A DNA stretch of 64,000 nt from an uncultured Burkholderiaceae bacterium. Lineage in GTDB: Bacteria > Pseudomonadota > Gammaproteobacteria > Burkholderiales > Burkholderiaceae_D. Shown one piece after another: positions 1 to 10,534 of this stretch; the stretch's first letter is position 1, and the number at the start of each line of letters is the position of its first letter. Both the position numbers and the translations under genes were made by a program. The DNA lies in contig CAXTDA010000001.1 in the NCBI GenBank assembly GCA_964242935.1, positions 1,350 to 65,349 of the forward strand, written 5' to 3'. The notes beneath the pieces are model-generated. The model searched no databases and had not been told where the DNA came from. It saw nothing but the letters and a program-made list of their open reading frames with translations.

Positions 1-31
1 TTCGCGATTGCCCGCAGGCCGTCCCGTCGCG

Positions 32-1429
32 TCACCGTGCGATCTCGTCCAGCGGACGGCCCCGGGTTTCGATGGCGAAGAAGAAAACCGTCGCCGCGCC
101 GACCAGCGCTGCCGTCCCGAGGAAGAGGAAGACCGATCCGACGCCGGCATCCCGGAGCAGGATGCCGACGATGACCGGGCCGACGATCGACGCGATCCGC
201 AGCCAGGCGCTGGCGAATCCGGCGCCCACCCCGCGGATGCGCGTCGGGTAGATCTCCGGTGCGTAGACATAGATGCCCGGCAGGAGGATCGAGATGAAGT
301 AGATGCTGACCGCGGAGTACTTCACGACATCCAGCGCGACGAGACCGGCGGCGAAGTGCCAGAGCCCGATCAGCGGGAGCGCCCCGCCGACGAACGCCAG
401 GAGGAAGAGCTTGCGGCGCCCGAGGTAATCGATCAGCAGCAGACCCGTCACCGCGCCCAACAGCGACATCACGTTGCTCACCGCGCCGTAGGTCAGCGCC
501 TGCTGCATCGGCAGCTTGAAGACCGTGCGGTAGAGCGTCGGCATCCACGCGAGGATTCCGTAACCGGTGATCGAGATGCAGAACGCCATCAGCCACACCG
601 ACAGCGTGCGGCTGACGAACTGCGGCGCCATCAGGGCCTTCAGTCCCCGCCCCGCTTCGGCCCCCGTGATCGGCGCGACCACCGGCACCGGCACCGGCAA
701 GGACTGGCGCCGGCGGGCCACGTGCTCGTCCTCGATCGCGGTGACGATCCGGTCGGCCTCGTCGATGCGGCCGCGACTGGCCAGCCAGCGCGGCGACTCC
801 GGCAGCACGCGCCTCAGGACCATCGCCAGCAACACCGGCAATCCGCCGACGATGTACATCGACTGCCATCCGAGACGGGGAATCATCCAGATGGCGACGA
901 GGGCGGTGACCGCGGTCGCCAGCGCGAAGAGCGCCTGGATCACGAAGACCAGCCGTCCGCGGAGCCGGGCCGGGCAGATCTCGTTGATGTAGGTGGCCGC
1001 CGTCGGCGATTCGCCGCCGAGCCCGATCCCCTGGACGAAGCGCATCGTCATGAACGAGCTCACGTTCCAGGCCGCCGCGCTGGCGAGACTCATCACGGAG
1101 AGGATCCATACCGCCGCGGTGACCATCCGCAGACGGCCCCAGCGTTCGGCTGCCCACCCCATGCCGATCGAGCCGATGGTCTGGCCGGCGTAGCCGATGG
1201 CGATGACCAACCCCGCGTCGGCCGGGCTCATTCCCCAGGCGGTGATCAGCACCGGCAGGACGAAGGCGATCGCCAGCGCGTCGAACGCATCGAAGAAGTG
1301 AGCCAGCCCCACCATCGACAGGGCCCGACGATGGAAGGGCGTGAAGGGCAGCCGTTCGATGCGTGCCGAGATCGATTCGCTGGTGGGCGCCTCGCGATGC
1401 AGGGTCTCGGCCATCGTCGTCGTCGTCAC
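32..1429 (-). CDS. MFS transporter (aromatic acid/sugar porter-like)
   Basis: 465 aa hydrophobic; FFDAFD in TM1, motif A (AERWGR), PESPRWL, PEIYPTRIRG, C-terminal ETRGRPLDEI. Confidence 0.9.
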   Translation of the reverse strand: MTTTTMAETLHREAPTSESISARIERLPFTPFHRRALSMVGLAHFFDAFDALAIAFVLPVLITAWGMSPADAGLVIAIGYAGQTIGSIGMGWAAERWGRLRMVTAAVWILSVMSLASAAAWNVSSFMTMRFVQGIGLGGESPTAATYINEICPARLRGRLVFVIQALFALATAVTALVAIWMIPRLGWQSMYIVGGLPVLLAMVLRRVLPESPRWLASRGRIDEADRIVTAIEDEHVARRRQSLPVPVPVVAPITGAEAGRGLKALMAPQFVSRTLSVWLMAFCISITGYGILAWMPTLYRTVFKLPMQQALTYGAVSNVMSLLGAVTGLLLIDYLGRRKLFLLAFVGGALPLIGLWHFAAGLVALDVVKYSAVSIYFISILLPGIYVYAPEIYPTRIRGVGAGFASAWLRIASIVGPVIVGILLRDAGVGSVFLFLGTAALVGAATVFFFAIETRGRPLDEIAR

Positions 1430-1508
1430 GGATCGATCCTCGGCTTGCGGTCAGGAGGCAAGTACGGCCGGCCATACCGTACGTCGCGCAAGCCGGGGAG
1501 TCGCCAAC

Positions 1509-2459
1509 TCAGAAGGGAACCTTCGTCTGAAGCCAGATGCGAGTTCCTTCGGCCCGGTTCTTCACCTTGAATTCACTTTGCACCTTGAAGAGCAACGTGA
1601 ACTTGTCGTTGAAGCTGTAGCCGATATAAGGGCCCAAAGCGTTCGTGCTGCCGCGGTTGCCGTCGCCGTTGATCAATGCGCCGAGCTGGCGATCGTTCGT
1701 CGTCTGGCGATAGATGTAGCCATTCAGACCGGTAATGACGTCCTCGAAGATTCGATACCCGAGACTGAATTCGGTGCTGAATTCGTTGCCCGATCGGTAC
1801 GCCGTATGCAGGTTCTTGCCGTTGATCGCGTAGCGCAACTTGATATCGAATTGCATCTTCTTGTCGGGAAAATAAGTGAGCGCATAGACCGGGGCGATCT
1901 GGTAGTAATGGCGGCCGATATTCACGTTGGCGGGAACGCCATTGTTGAGGTTATAGGTCCCGAGGGGCAAAAACGTCTCGATCGCGGCGCTCTGGTGGAT
2001 GGAGCCGTTATGCCAGCCGAGAACGATGGGGGCGAACAGCGGATCGCTGATGCCGGTGGAGGACCCGCTGCGGTCCAATGGGGACAGAGGCGACGGCCTG
2101 GCGATTCCCAGGTGAACATTAACGGTCGGAATCGCGATGACGAACCGGGTTCCGACATCGGCTCCGAAGAGCTTGAACCCGGACCAGACGTAGTCGAACT
2201 TCGACGAGACGACGTCGCTGCGTGTCTTGAAGTACGCGAGGCGCTGGTTGGTGTTGCCGGAATTGTCCTCGTTGCGCGTCGACTCGTAGTGCGAGTAATA
2301 GCTGAACATGTGGAATCCTGGCGCTTGCAGGAACCCCGGGAAATTCGTCTCCACGCCGAGCGCGTACGAGTTGCCGCCACCCTCGGTCGCCAGACTCTCG
2401 GCCGAGAACATGACCAGAGAGAGTGCAGCGAGACGCATCAGGCGTTTGGTATCGGTCAT
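1509..2459 (-). CDS. SphA / Phenol_MetA_deg family outer-membrane channel
   Basis: Start re-called at ATG 2459 after GGAGA RBS; signal peptide then ATEGGGNSYALG, GISDPLFAPIVLGWH, amphipathic strands, C-terminal Phe. Confidence 0.8.
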   Translation of the reverse strand: MTDTKRLMRLAALSLVMFSAESLATEGGGNSYALGVETNFPGFLQAPGFHMFSYYSHYESTRNEDNSGNTNQRLAYFKTRSDVVSSKFDYVWSGFKLFGADVGTRFVIAIPTVNVHLGIARPSPLSPLDRSGSSTGISDPLFAPIVLGWHNGSIHQSAAIETFLPLGTYNLNNGVPANVNIGRHYYQIAPVYALTYFPDKKMQFDIKLRYAINGKNLHTAYRSGNEFSTEFSLGYRIFEDVITGLNGYIYRQTTNDRQLGALINGDGNRGSTNALGPYIGYSFNDKFTLLFKVQSEFKVKNRAEGTRIWLQTKVPF

Positions 2460-2836
2460 TGCAGGTCTCCGTTGTTGAATCGAGCCAGGTTCTTTCGATC
2501 GGCCTGCGCACTCTTGTCGAGCCGCCGCTTTAATCGCTGCCAATCGTGCCGCCCCCGCTGCGCCGAGACCAACGAATGAACGTGATAGACCCTATCGACC
2601 GTTGAAATGTGCGGAGCCCCGATCCGCCGTCTTCGTGGACCGGCACGCTGCGAGCGCAGGATTCGCAATTCGCATTCGCCTCATCATCAACCTCCATTGG
2701 ACCGCGCCGCCCCGGTTGCCTAGCATCCGCAAACCTTGACGCCGCGCCCCGACGTTGCGTTCGCCAGGTTCTTCGCAGCGCCGCAGTCACGGCGAATGGA
2801 TCGGGCGGCACGGGTCAACGACACGGGAGGTGCGGC

Positions 2837-3913
2837 ATGAACGATTCGAGAACGAGCGACGCGGCAGTCGCAAGCGCAGGCCCGTTCCGGGTCGCTGCGC
2901 TGATTCTTGGGGTGGCCTCGGTGCTGAGCGCCGCAGTGCCGCTAGCGGCCCGGGCCGCGGACGTCCTGCGAGCGTCGCCCCTCGGCCCGCCGGGGCATCT
3001 CCTGAACAGCAAGGTCCTCGCGGGATGGGCCGAGGCCGTCAGTCAGGCGACCGGCGGCCGGGTCAAGATCGAGATCCTTCCGCAGGCCGTTGCGCCGCCT
3101 GCCCAGTTGCTCGGCGCGATCCGCGACGGCGCGGCCGACGTGTCGATCATGTCCAACGGTGCGTCGGCGACGCCGTTGCCGGCCAACGGCCTGGTCGAGT
3201 TCGCGGGCCAGACGCCGAGCGCCGAACGCGCTTCGGTCGCCTACCAGCATGTCGTGAAGCGCTATCCGTTGCTGACGGAGGAATTCGCCGGCGTCGAGGT
3301 CCTGTCGGTCTTCACGCACGGCCCCGGAGCGATGTTGCTTTCCGAATCGACGCCGCTCGCGACCGGCGCCCTGCAGGCGACGACGCTGCACGCCGGCAGC
3401 AGCGGGGCGGCGGCCGCGGCGCGCGCGGTCGGCGCGAAGGTCGTGATGGCGCCCGGACCCGGCGCGAAAGCGCTGCTCGTCGAACGACGGGCGAACGGGA
3501 CCATCACGGCCCTCGAGACGCTCGACGGCTTCGGCCTCGCGTCGAACGTCAAGGAGGTCGTGCTGATGCCGGGCGGCTTCTACTGCGCCGGCTTCAGCCT
3601 GATTGCGAACAGCGCGCGCTGGGCGGCGCTCGCCCCCGCCGACCGGGCTGCCATCGCCGGCGTTTCGGGCGAGGTGCTCGCGCGCTCGGCCGGTCGGGCC
3701 TGGGACACCGCCGACAACGAGGCGCTGCGCTCGGCGAAGGCCGGCGGCATCGCCGTGGTCGATGCGCCTCCATCGCTCGTACAGCGCGTGGAGTCCGCGA
3801 GCCTCGCGAGTGAGCAGACCTGGGCGGGCACCATGCCGCCCGATGCCCGCAACGCGCTCGCGGCGTATCGCGACGAGCTCGGGAGAACCTCTTCGGCGGC
3901 CGCGGCCCGCTGA
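2837..3913 (+). CDS. TRAP transporter DctP-like solute-binding protein (divergent)
   Basis: ATG 2837 after GGGAGG; signal peptide; WAEAVSQATGGRVKIEI, AIRDGAADV, FTHGPG, WAALAPADRAAI. Confidence 0.8.
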   Translation: MNDSRTSDAAVASAGPFRVAALILGVASVLSAAVPLAARAADVLRASPLGPPGHLLNSKVLAGWAEAVSQATGGRVKIEILPQAVAPPAQLLGAIRDGAADVSIMSNGASATPLPANGLVEFAGQTPSAERASVAYQHVVKRYPLLTEEFAGVEVLSVFTHGPGAMLLSESTPLATGALQATTLHAGSSGAAAAARAVGAKVVMAPGPGAKALLVERRANGTITALETLDGFGLASNVKEVVLMPGGFYCAGFSLIANSARWAALAPADRAAIAGVSGEVLARSAGRAWDTADNEALRSAKAGGIAVVDAPPSLVQRVESASLASEQTWAGTMPPDARNALAAYRDELGRTSSAAAAR

Positions 3914-4027
3914 CCACGCCGCTCCCCGGGAGCCGGCCTGTATTGTCCGGAACCCGGGTCAAGACATTTCGGACCCTGGATCGTTGCCTTCGGAAGGCAA
4001 CACCCCGCATTCCTCAGGAGACACAAA

Positions 4028-5197
4028 ATGAAGACCCTCTTTCGCAGCCTCGCGGTCTGCGCACTGTCGTGCGCATTGTCGTCCGCGGAGGCCGCTGACA
4101 AGATCCGGATCGGCTTCCTCGCCACCGTCTCCGGCGGCCCGACCAGCGGCGTCTCGAAGGAGATACGGGCTGGCTTCGACCTCGCGTTGAGCGGACTCGG
4201 CGGGAAGATCGGCGGCGTCCCGGTCGAAGTCTTCACCGGCGACGACCAGGGAAGCGCCGATGTCGGCAAGCAGGTATTCGACCGCATGGTCAAACGCGAC
4301 CGCATCGACATCGTGACCGGCGTCGTCGCATCCGGCGTGATCTACGCGGTCGCGCCGCTCGCCGCGCAGCAGCAGGTGTTCTTCTTCAACTCGAACGTGG
4401 GGCCGCGCGATTTCGTCGCCGACAAGTGCAACGCGTTCTACTTCAACACCGGCTGGCACATCGAGAGCGTCAACGAGGCGATGGGCAAGTATCTCGCGTC
4501 GCTGGGCCTGAAAAAGGTCTTCGTGCTGGCCGCCGGCGTGCCGGTCGGCCGCGAGCACATCGACGCGTTCAAGCGGACCTATGGATCCCCCCTCGCCGGC
4601 GAGATCTATTACAAGCCGCAGACGCTCGACTTCAGCGCCGAGCTCGCCCAGATCCGGGCGGCGCAGCCGGACGCCGTGTATGCCTTCGCGTTCGGCCCGC
4701 TGGCCGTGAACTTCGTCAAGCAATACGCGCAGGCGGGCCTGAAGAACATTCCGCTGTTCGGACCGGCGCCCCTGGCCGACGACGACGCGATCGCGGCCGG
4801 CGGCGACGCGATGGCCGGCGTGATCACCGGCGGCCATTGGAACGCCGACCTGTCGACGCCTGCCAACAAAGCCTTCGTGGCCGAGTTCACCAAGCAGAAT
4901 GGTCACCCGCCCACGCTGTACAACGAACAGGGTTACACGACCGTGCTCGTGCTCGATGCGGCGGTCAAGTCCATCAACGGAAAGATCGAGGACAAGCAGG
5001 CGTTCCGCAAGGCGATCGAGACCGTCAGCATCGAAGTGCCGCGCGGCCCGATCAAGTTCAACGTCGACCATAGCCCGACCCAGAACATCTACTTGCGCGA
5101 GGTGGCCAGGAACGACAAGGGCGCGCTTGCGAACCGCATGCAGAAGACGATCGCCGCGAACCAGGCCACGCGCGGCGCGTCCGACTGCAGCATGTGA
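4028..5197 (+). CDS. Liv/HAAT-type ABC substrate-binding protein (aromatic-compound subfamily likely)
   Basis: AGGAG RBS; signal peptide; KIRIGFLATVSG, DFSAELAQIRAAQPDAV, PRGPIKF. Confidence 0.9.
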   Translation: MKTLFRSLAVCALSCALSSAEAADKIRIGFLATVSGGPTSGVSKEIRAGFDLALSGLGGKIGGVPVEVFTGDDQGSADVGKQVFDRMVKRDRIDIVTGVVASGVIYAVAPLAAQQQVFFFNSNVGPRDFVADKCNAFYFNTGWHIESVNEAMGKYLASLGLKKVFVLAAGVPVGREHIDAFKRTYGSPLAGEIYYKPQTLDFSAELAQIRAAQPDAVYAFAFGPLAVNFVKQYAQAGLKNIPLFGPAPLADDDAIAAGGDAMAGVITGGHWNADLSTPANKAFVAEFTKQNGHPPTLYNEQGYTTVLVLDAAVKSINGKIEDKQAFRKAIETVSIEVPRGPIKFNVDHSPTQNIYLREVARNDKGALANRMQKTIAANQATRGASDCSM

Positions 5198-5213
5198 CCC
5201 GCGAGGCGAATCG

Positions 5214-6128
5214 ATGTCCGCTTTCCTGATCGAGCAGTTGCTCAACAGTCTGCAGCTCGGACTGATGCTGTTCCTGCTCGCGTCGGGGTTGACGCTGATC
5301 TTCGGGATCATGAACCTGATCAACCTCGCGCACGGCTCGCTGTACATGATCGGCGGCTTCCTCGCGGTCGCGTTCATGCGGTTGACCGGGTCGTTCGCGG
5401 TGGCCCTGCCACTGGCCGTGCTGGGAACCGCGGCGATCGCGCTCTGCCTCGAGACGACGCTGCTGCATCGCTTCTACGGGCGGTCGCATCTTCGGCAGGT
5501 GCTGGTGACCTTCGGCCTGATCCTGATCGCCAACGACACGATGCGATTCTTCTTCGGACCCAACGCGGTGATGCTCGACGTGCCGCCCGGCCTCGCGCAC
5601 CCGGTGCAGCTCTACGAAGGCTTCTCCTACTCGGCCTATCGTCTGCTGGTGATCGGCGTCGGGCTCGCCACCGCGGCGTTCCTGACGGTCCTCATCACCC
5701 GCACGAAGCTCGGCATGTGGATCCGCGCCGGCGCATCCGACCGCGACATGGCGCGCGCGATGGGCGTCGACATCAAGCGCATCTTCAGCCTCGTGTTCGC
5801 CCTCGGCGCGGCGCTCTGCGGGCTGGCCGGCGCGCTGCTCGGTCCGCTGTTGTCGGTGCAGGTCGGCATGGGCGAAAGCATCATCATCCTGGCGTTCGTC
5901 GTCGTCGTCATCGGCGGCAGCGGATCGGTCAAGGGCGCCTTCCTCGGTGCGCTCGCGATCGGGTTCCTCGACACCTTCGGTCGCTCGTACCTCCCGGTCT
6001 GGATGCGGGCCAACTGGCCGTCATTCTCACCGGACACGATGGCACCGGCGATCGCCGCGATTCTCACTTATGTGCTGATGGTGGCGATCCTCCTATGGCG
6101 TCCTCAAGGTCTGTTCCGTACCGCATGA
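5214..6128 (+). CDS. Liv-type ABC permease (LivH-like)
   Basis: GLTLIFGIMNLINLAHGSLYMIGG, AFVVVVIGGSGS; start re-called. Confidence 0.92.
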   Translation: MSAFLIEQLLNSLQLGLMLFLLASGLTLIFGIMNLINLAHGSLYMIGGFLAVAFMRLTGSFAVALPLAVLGTAAIALCLETTLLHRFYGRSHLRQVLVTFGLILIANDTMRFFFGPNAVMLDVPPGLAHPVQLYEGFSYSAYRLLVIGVGLATAAFLTVLITRTKLGMWIRAGASDRDMARAMGVDIKRIFSLVFALGAALCGLAGALLGPLLSVQVGMGESIIILAFVVVVIGGSGSVKGAFLGALAIGFLDTFGRSYLPVWMRANWPSFSPDTMAPAIAAILTYVLMVAILLWRPQGLFRTA

Positions 6129-7168
6129 CGATGACCAGCGCCGATCCGCTCGACACGCCCGCCACGACGTCCCGCGTCGATATCCGGCGTCGCCTGCCGA
6201 CCCTGCGGCAAGCTCTCGCCGTCGCGGCGACCCTCGTGGCAGTCGCGTTCCCGACCTTCGCCGACGCGACCGGCCATGCGTTCTATATCGGCTTCTGGAC
6301 CCGCGTGATGATCTTCGTGATCGCGGTCAGCAGCCTGAACCTGCTGGTCGGCTACGCCGGCCTGGTCAGCTTCGGTCACGCGGCGTACTTCGGGCTCGGG
6401 GCTTACGCGATCGCGATGCTCACCGTGTGGAGCGGCAAGGGGACGCCCGGGTGGTTCACCAGCGCGTGGATCGCATGGCCGTTCGCGATGCTGTGCAGTG
6501 CCCTGCTCGCGCTGGTCGTCGGCTCGATCGCGCTCAGGACGCGACAGGTCTACTTCATCATGATCACGCTCGCGTTCGGCCAGATGGTCTATTACCTGTT
6601 CATCGGGATGAGCACGTTCGGCAGCGACAACGGCATGGCGCTGCCGCGACGCTCGTCGATCGGCCTCGGCCTCGACCTGGCCAACGACAACACGTTCTAC
6701 TACGTCGTGCTCGGGCTGCTGCTCGCCACGCTCGCCGCCATCCGCTCGATCGTCCGCTCGCGCTTCGGGGTCGTGATCCAGGCGATCAGCGAGAACGAAG
6801 GCCGCATGTCGGCGATCGGGGTGCCGGTCTTCAGATACAAGCTGGCCTGCTTCGTCATCGCCGCTGCGATCGCGGGACTCGCCGGCGCGCTGCTCGCCAA
6901 CCAGAACAGCTACGTCAGCCCCGGGCTGCTCGACTGGACCAAGTCCGGAAGCCTGCTGGTCATGGTGATCCTCGGCGGTGCCGGCTATCTCACCGGCGGC
7001 CTCTACGGCGCCGTGGTGATGCTGGTCTTCGAGGAAGCGCTGTCGGACCACACCGAGTACTGGCAGTTCTTCGTCGGCGTCGGAATCATCGCGGTGGTCT
7101 CGTTCGGGAACGACGGCATCGCGAGCCTGCTGCATCGTCGGCGCAAGCCCGGGCGGATCTCGTCGTGA
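6125..7168 (+). CDS. Liv-type ABC permease (LivM-like)
   Basis: NLLVGYAGLVSFGHAAYFGLGAY, YFIMITLAFGQM; ATGA overlap with upstream stop. Confidence 0.92.
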   Translation: MTMTSADPLDTPATTSRVDIRRRLPTLRQALAVAATLVAVAFPTFADATGHAFYIGFWTRVMIFVIAVSSLNLLVGYAGLVSFGHAAYFGLGAYAIAMLTVWSGKGTPGWFTSAWIAWPFAMLCSALLALVVGSIALRTRQVYFIMITLAFGQMVYYLFIGMSTFGSDNGMALPRRSSIGLGLDLANDNTFYYVVLGLLLATLAAIRSIVRSRFGVVIQAISENEGRMSAIGVPVFRYKLACFVIAAAIAGLAGALLANQNSYVSPGLLDWTKSGSLLVMVILGGAGYLTGGLYGAVVMLVFEEALSDHTEYWQFFVGVGIIAVVSFGNDGIASLLHRRRKPGRISS

Positions 7169-7920
7169 GCGCGCCCGCGCTGCAGGTCAGCAAGCTGGTC
7201 AAGCGCTACGGCGGCATCCTCGCGACCGACCATGTCGACCTGTCTGTGGACGCGCACGAGATCCATGCGCTGATCGGCCCCAACGGCGCAGGCAAGACGA
7301 CGCTGGTCCACCAGCTCGCCGGGAGCCTCGCGTCGGACGGCGGAACGATCACGTTCCAGGGTGCCGACGTCTCGAGGATGCCGATGTACCGCAGGGTCCT
7401 GGCCGGGATCAGCCGATCGCATCAGATCACCAACGTCTTCGGCCGCTACACGGTGATGCACAACATGCTGCTCGCGGTGCTCGCCCGGAGCGGATCGAGT
7501 TTCCGCTTCGGCGGCTCGCCGTTCGAAGAACCCGCCTTGTTCGCGGAGGCGGATGAAATCCTGACGACAGTCGGCCTGATCGGCAAGGACGAGGTCGTCG
7601 CAGCGTCGCTGTCCCACGGCGAGCAGCGCAAGCTCGAGGTCGCGCTCGCCCTCGGCAGCCGGCCGAGCCTGCTCCTGCTCGACGAACCGCTCGCGGGCAT
7701 GGGGCCGGCCGAAGCCGACGAGATGGTCGCGCTGATCGAGCGGCTGAAGGCGCAGACGACGATCGTGCTGGTCGAGCACGACATGGGCGCCGTGTTCCGC
7801 CTCGCCGACCGCATCACCGTGCTGGTGTACGGCAAGGTCATTGCGACCGATGCGCCGCAGGCGATCCGTTCTTCGGCCGTCGTCCGCAGCGCCTATCTCG
7901 GCGACGAGGTGGCCGCTTGA
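7165..7920 (+). CDS. ABC ATP-binding protein (LivG-like)
   Basis: Walker A GPNGAGKT, LSHGEQR, LLLDEP, VEHD; GTGA overlap. Confidence 0.93.
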   Translation: MSAPALQVSKLVKRYGGILATDHVDLSVDAHEIHALIGPNGAGKTTLVHQLAGSLASDGGTITFQGADVSRMPMYRRVLAGISRSHQITNVFGRYTVMHNMLLAVLARSGSSFRFGGSPFEEPALFAEADEILTTVGLIGKDEVVAASLSHGEQRKLEVALALGSRPSLLLLDEPLAGMGPAEADEMVALIERLKAQTTIVLVEHDMGAVFRLADRITVLVYGKVIATDAPQAIRSSAVVRSAYLGDEVAA

Positions 7921-8618
7921 CGCCGCTGCTCGAACTCGAATCGGTCACGGCGTCGTACGGACCGAGCCAGGTGCTGTTCGACATGAACCTGGAGATCCAT
8001 CCGGGCGAGGTCGCCACGCTGATCGGCCGCAACGGGATGGGCAAGACCACGACCGTGCGCGGCATCATGGGGTTGACCCCGGCGAACGGCGGCGAGATCC
8101 GCCTCGACGGCGTGGCGATCCAGCGCTGGAGCCCCGAGCGGATCGCGGCCGCGGGCATCGCGCTGGTACCCGAAGGCCGACGCATCTTCCCCAACCTGAC
8201 CATCCGCGAGAACCTCGAGGCGTTCGCTCGACCGTCGCCGTTCGGATGGACCCTCGACCGCGTCTGGCAACAGTTTCCATCGCTCGCCGCGCGCCGCTCG
8301 AACTTCGGCAACCAGCTTTCCGGTGGCGAGCAGCAGATGCTGGCGATCGGGCGTGCGCTGCTGCGCAACGGCCGGCTGCTCGTCATCGACGAGGCGACCG
8401 AGGGGCTGGCGCCGCTGATCCGGCAGGAGATCTGGGACTGCCTGCGGCGGATCAAGAGCGAGGGACTCGCGATCCTCCTGATCGACAAGCACCTCGCGCC
8501 GTTGCTCGAGGTCGGCGATCGACACCACGTGATCGATCGCGGCCGCGTCGTGTGGCGCGGCGATTCGGCGGCGCTGAGCCGGGCCACCGACGTCTGGGAG
8601 CGCTACGTCGGCGTGTAG
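7917..8618 (+). CDS. ABC ATP-binding protein (LivF-like)
   Basis: GRNGMGKT, VPEGRRIF, LSGGEQQML; TTG start overlapping upstream stop. Confidence 0.92.
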   Translation: MTPLLELESVTASYGPSQVLFDMNLEIHPGEVATLIGRNGMGKTTTVRGIMGLTPANGGEIRLDGVAIQRWSPERIAAAGIALVPEGRRIFPNLTIRENLEAFARPSPFGWTLDRVWQQFPSLAARRSNFGNQLSGGEQQMLAIGRALLRNGRLLVIDEATEGLAPLIRQEIWDCLRRIKSEGLAILLIDKHLAPLLEVGDRHHVIDRGRVVWRGDSAALSRATDVWERYVGV

Positions 8619-8656
8619 TTGTTCCCCTAACGGACCGGACCGGTACAGCAAGGCCG

Positions 8657-9412
8657 CTAGATCGTCTGCCCACCCGAGACTTCGATGCGCTGGCCGGTGA
8701 CCCATCGGTTGTCCGCCCCCAGCAAGCTCGCGATCATCGGCCCGATGTCGTCGGGTACGCCGACCCGGCCCAACGCCGTCATCTCGGCAAACTGCTTGTT
8801 GAGCTCGGCCATGTCGCGAACGGCGCCGCCGAGGAAGTCGGTCTCGATGGCCCCGGGCGCCACCGTATTGACGGCGATGCCTCGACTGCCGAGTTCCCTG
8901 GCCATGTAGACCGTCAGGGTCTCGACGGCGCCCTTGGCGGTGGAATAGGCCGAGAAGCCTGGGAAGCTGACGCGAGTGAGCCCCGTCGAAAGGTTCACGA
9001 TGCGGCCGCCGTCGGCGAGCAAAGGCAACAGCGCCTGTGTGAGGAAGAAGACGCCCTTCACATGGACATCGAACAAGGCATCGAACTGCGCCTCGCTCGT
9101 CTCTGCGAAAGACGCCAGCTCGCCGTGGCCCGCGTTGTTGACGAGATGATCGAAGGTGTCGCGATTCCATGTCTTCTCCAGCGCGGTGCGCACGTTCTCC
9201 ACGAAAGGCGCGAGTGCCGGGACGTTGCCGACTTCCAGTTGCAACGCGACGGCTTTCCGGCCAGAGGCTGCGATCTGCCGGACCACTTCGTGCGCTTCGG
9301 CTGCGCCGCCGCGGTAAGTGACGATGACGTCGCCGCCGTGGCGCGCGATGCTCAATGCGGTGTTGCGGCCGAGGCCGCGGCTGGCGCCCGTGACGATGGT
9401 GATCGGGGTCAT
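8657..9412 (-). CDS. SDR family oxidoreductase
   Basis: TGASRGLG, NNAG, YSTAK; start re-called at MTPITIV. Confidence 0.92.
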   Translation of the reverse strand: MTPITIVTGASRGLGRNTALSIARHGGDVIVTYRGGAAEAHEVVRQIAASGRKAVALQLEVGNVPALAPFVENVRTALEKTWNRDTFDHLVNNAGHGELASFAETSEAQFDALFDVHVKGVFFLTQALLPLLADGGRIVNLSTGLTRVSFPGFSAYSTAKGAVETLTVYMARELGSRGIAVNTVAPGAIETDFLGGAVRDMAELNKQFAEMTALGRVGVPDDIGPMIASLLGADNRWVTGQRIEVSGGQTI

Positions 9413-9606
9413 TTCGGATCCATTTCGAGTGTTTGTCGAGAGGTCCAGTGTCTGGCGACCGCCTGGCGGCTGGTTGCCAGTTCCTCGGATTTTCTTGCTC
9501 GTTTCTACGATCCCGTTGCCTGTCATCGCGTCCGAGACATCGGTGCAGCGGGGATGACTGCCCGATGCCGGTTGCACGATCGGCCGGCGATGCTTACTGT
9601 GGCGCC

Positions 9607-10500
9607 ATGTCAGAAACGCTGCTTACGGTCGTTCGTCGCCACGCCGACGCGCACGCCGATCCGCACGGCATCGCCGTCACCTCGATCCCTGGCTTGACCA
9701 CGCTCCGCTCGGTGGCCCCGACGGAGTTGCAATACGCGATCTCGAAGCCGCTCGTCGCGCTCGTCCTGCAAGGCAGCAAGCGGGTGATGACGGGAGATCG
9801 GACGTTCGAGTTCACAGCGGGCGACTCGTTGTTGATCGCGGCAGACGTGCCCACCGTGAGCCAGATCACGCGTGCCGACGTCGCCTTCCCGTACTACGCG
9901 CTGGTCGTCGATCTGAATCCTGCCGTGATCGAGGGCCTGGCTGCGGAGATCGACCTCGGCGCGGGCGATCGCGGCATCCCGGTCCGCGTCGACCGCACCG
10001 AGGCGGAAGTCGCGGATGCGGCATTGCGGCTGATGCGGCTGCTGGACCGTCCTGCCGCCGTGCCGATCCTCGAGGCACAGCTGACGCGCGAAATGCACTA
10101 CTGGCTTCTCGCCGGGCGGCATGGACCCGCGATCCGTCACCTGGGCAACGCGGAAGGCGATGCCCAACGTGTGGCACGTGCCGTCGCCGTCATCCGGGCC
10201 GACTATGCCAAGCCGCTGCGCTCCGAACAGCTGGCCAGAGTGGCGGGCATGAGCCCGTCCACGTTCCATCTTCACTTCCGCACCGTGACGTCGTTGTCGC
10301 CGCTTCAATTCCAGAAGCAGTTGAGACTGATCGAAGCGAGGCGAATGATGCTGTCACAGGGCGCGTCGGCCTCCAGGGCGGCGTACGCGGTCGGCTACGA
10401 GAGCGTGCCGCAGTTCACCCGGGAATACGGGCGCATGTTCGGCGCCTCGCCGGTTCGCGACACCAAGCTCGCGAAGACCCGCGTGTACGCCGCGGCGTGA
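9607..10500 (+). CDS. AraC family regulator (AraC_N/YqhC-like)
   Basis: SPLQFQKQLRL, VGYESVPQFTREYGRMFG; divergent from the SDR. Confidence 0.92.
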   Translation: MSETLLTVVRRHADAHADPHGIAVTSIPGLTTLRSVAPTELQYAISKPLVALVLQGSKRVMTGDRTFEFTAGDSLLIAADVPTVSQITRADVAFPYYALVVDLNPAVIEGLAAEIDLGAGDRGIPVRVDRTEAEVADAALRLMRLLDRPAAVPILEAQLTREMHYWLLAGRHGPAIRHLGNAEGDAQRVARAVAVIRADYAKPLRSEQLARVAGMSPSTFHLHFRTVTSLSPLQFQKQLRLIEARRMMLSQGASASRAAYAVGYESVPQFTREYGRMFGASPVRDTKLAKTRVYAAA

Positions 10501-10534
10501 AATGGCCGAGGGACACGAACGGTTTCAGGAATTG

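Noticed and set aside
8-1570. Long antisense and alternative-frame ORFs (also 10748-12604, 19647-21326, 35412-37349 and others)
   Set aside because: Arg/Pro/Gly-rich shadows of real genes, expected in high-GC DNA; no recognisable motifs.
7917-8618. Degenerate-looking LivF motifs (DEATEG, IDKH)
   Set aside because: Such variants are common among LivF-like ATPases; Walker A and the signature motif are intact.
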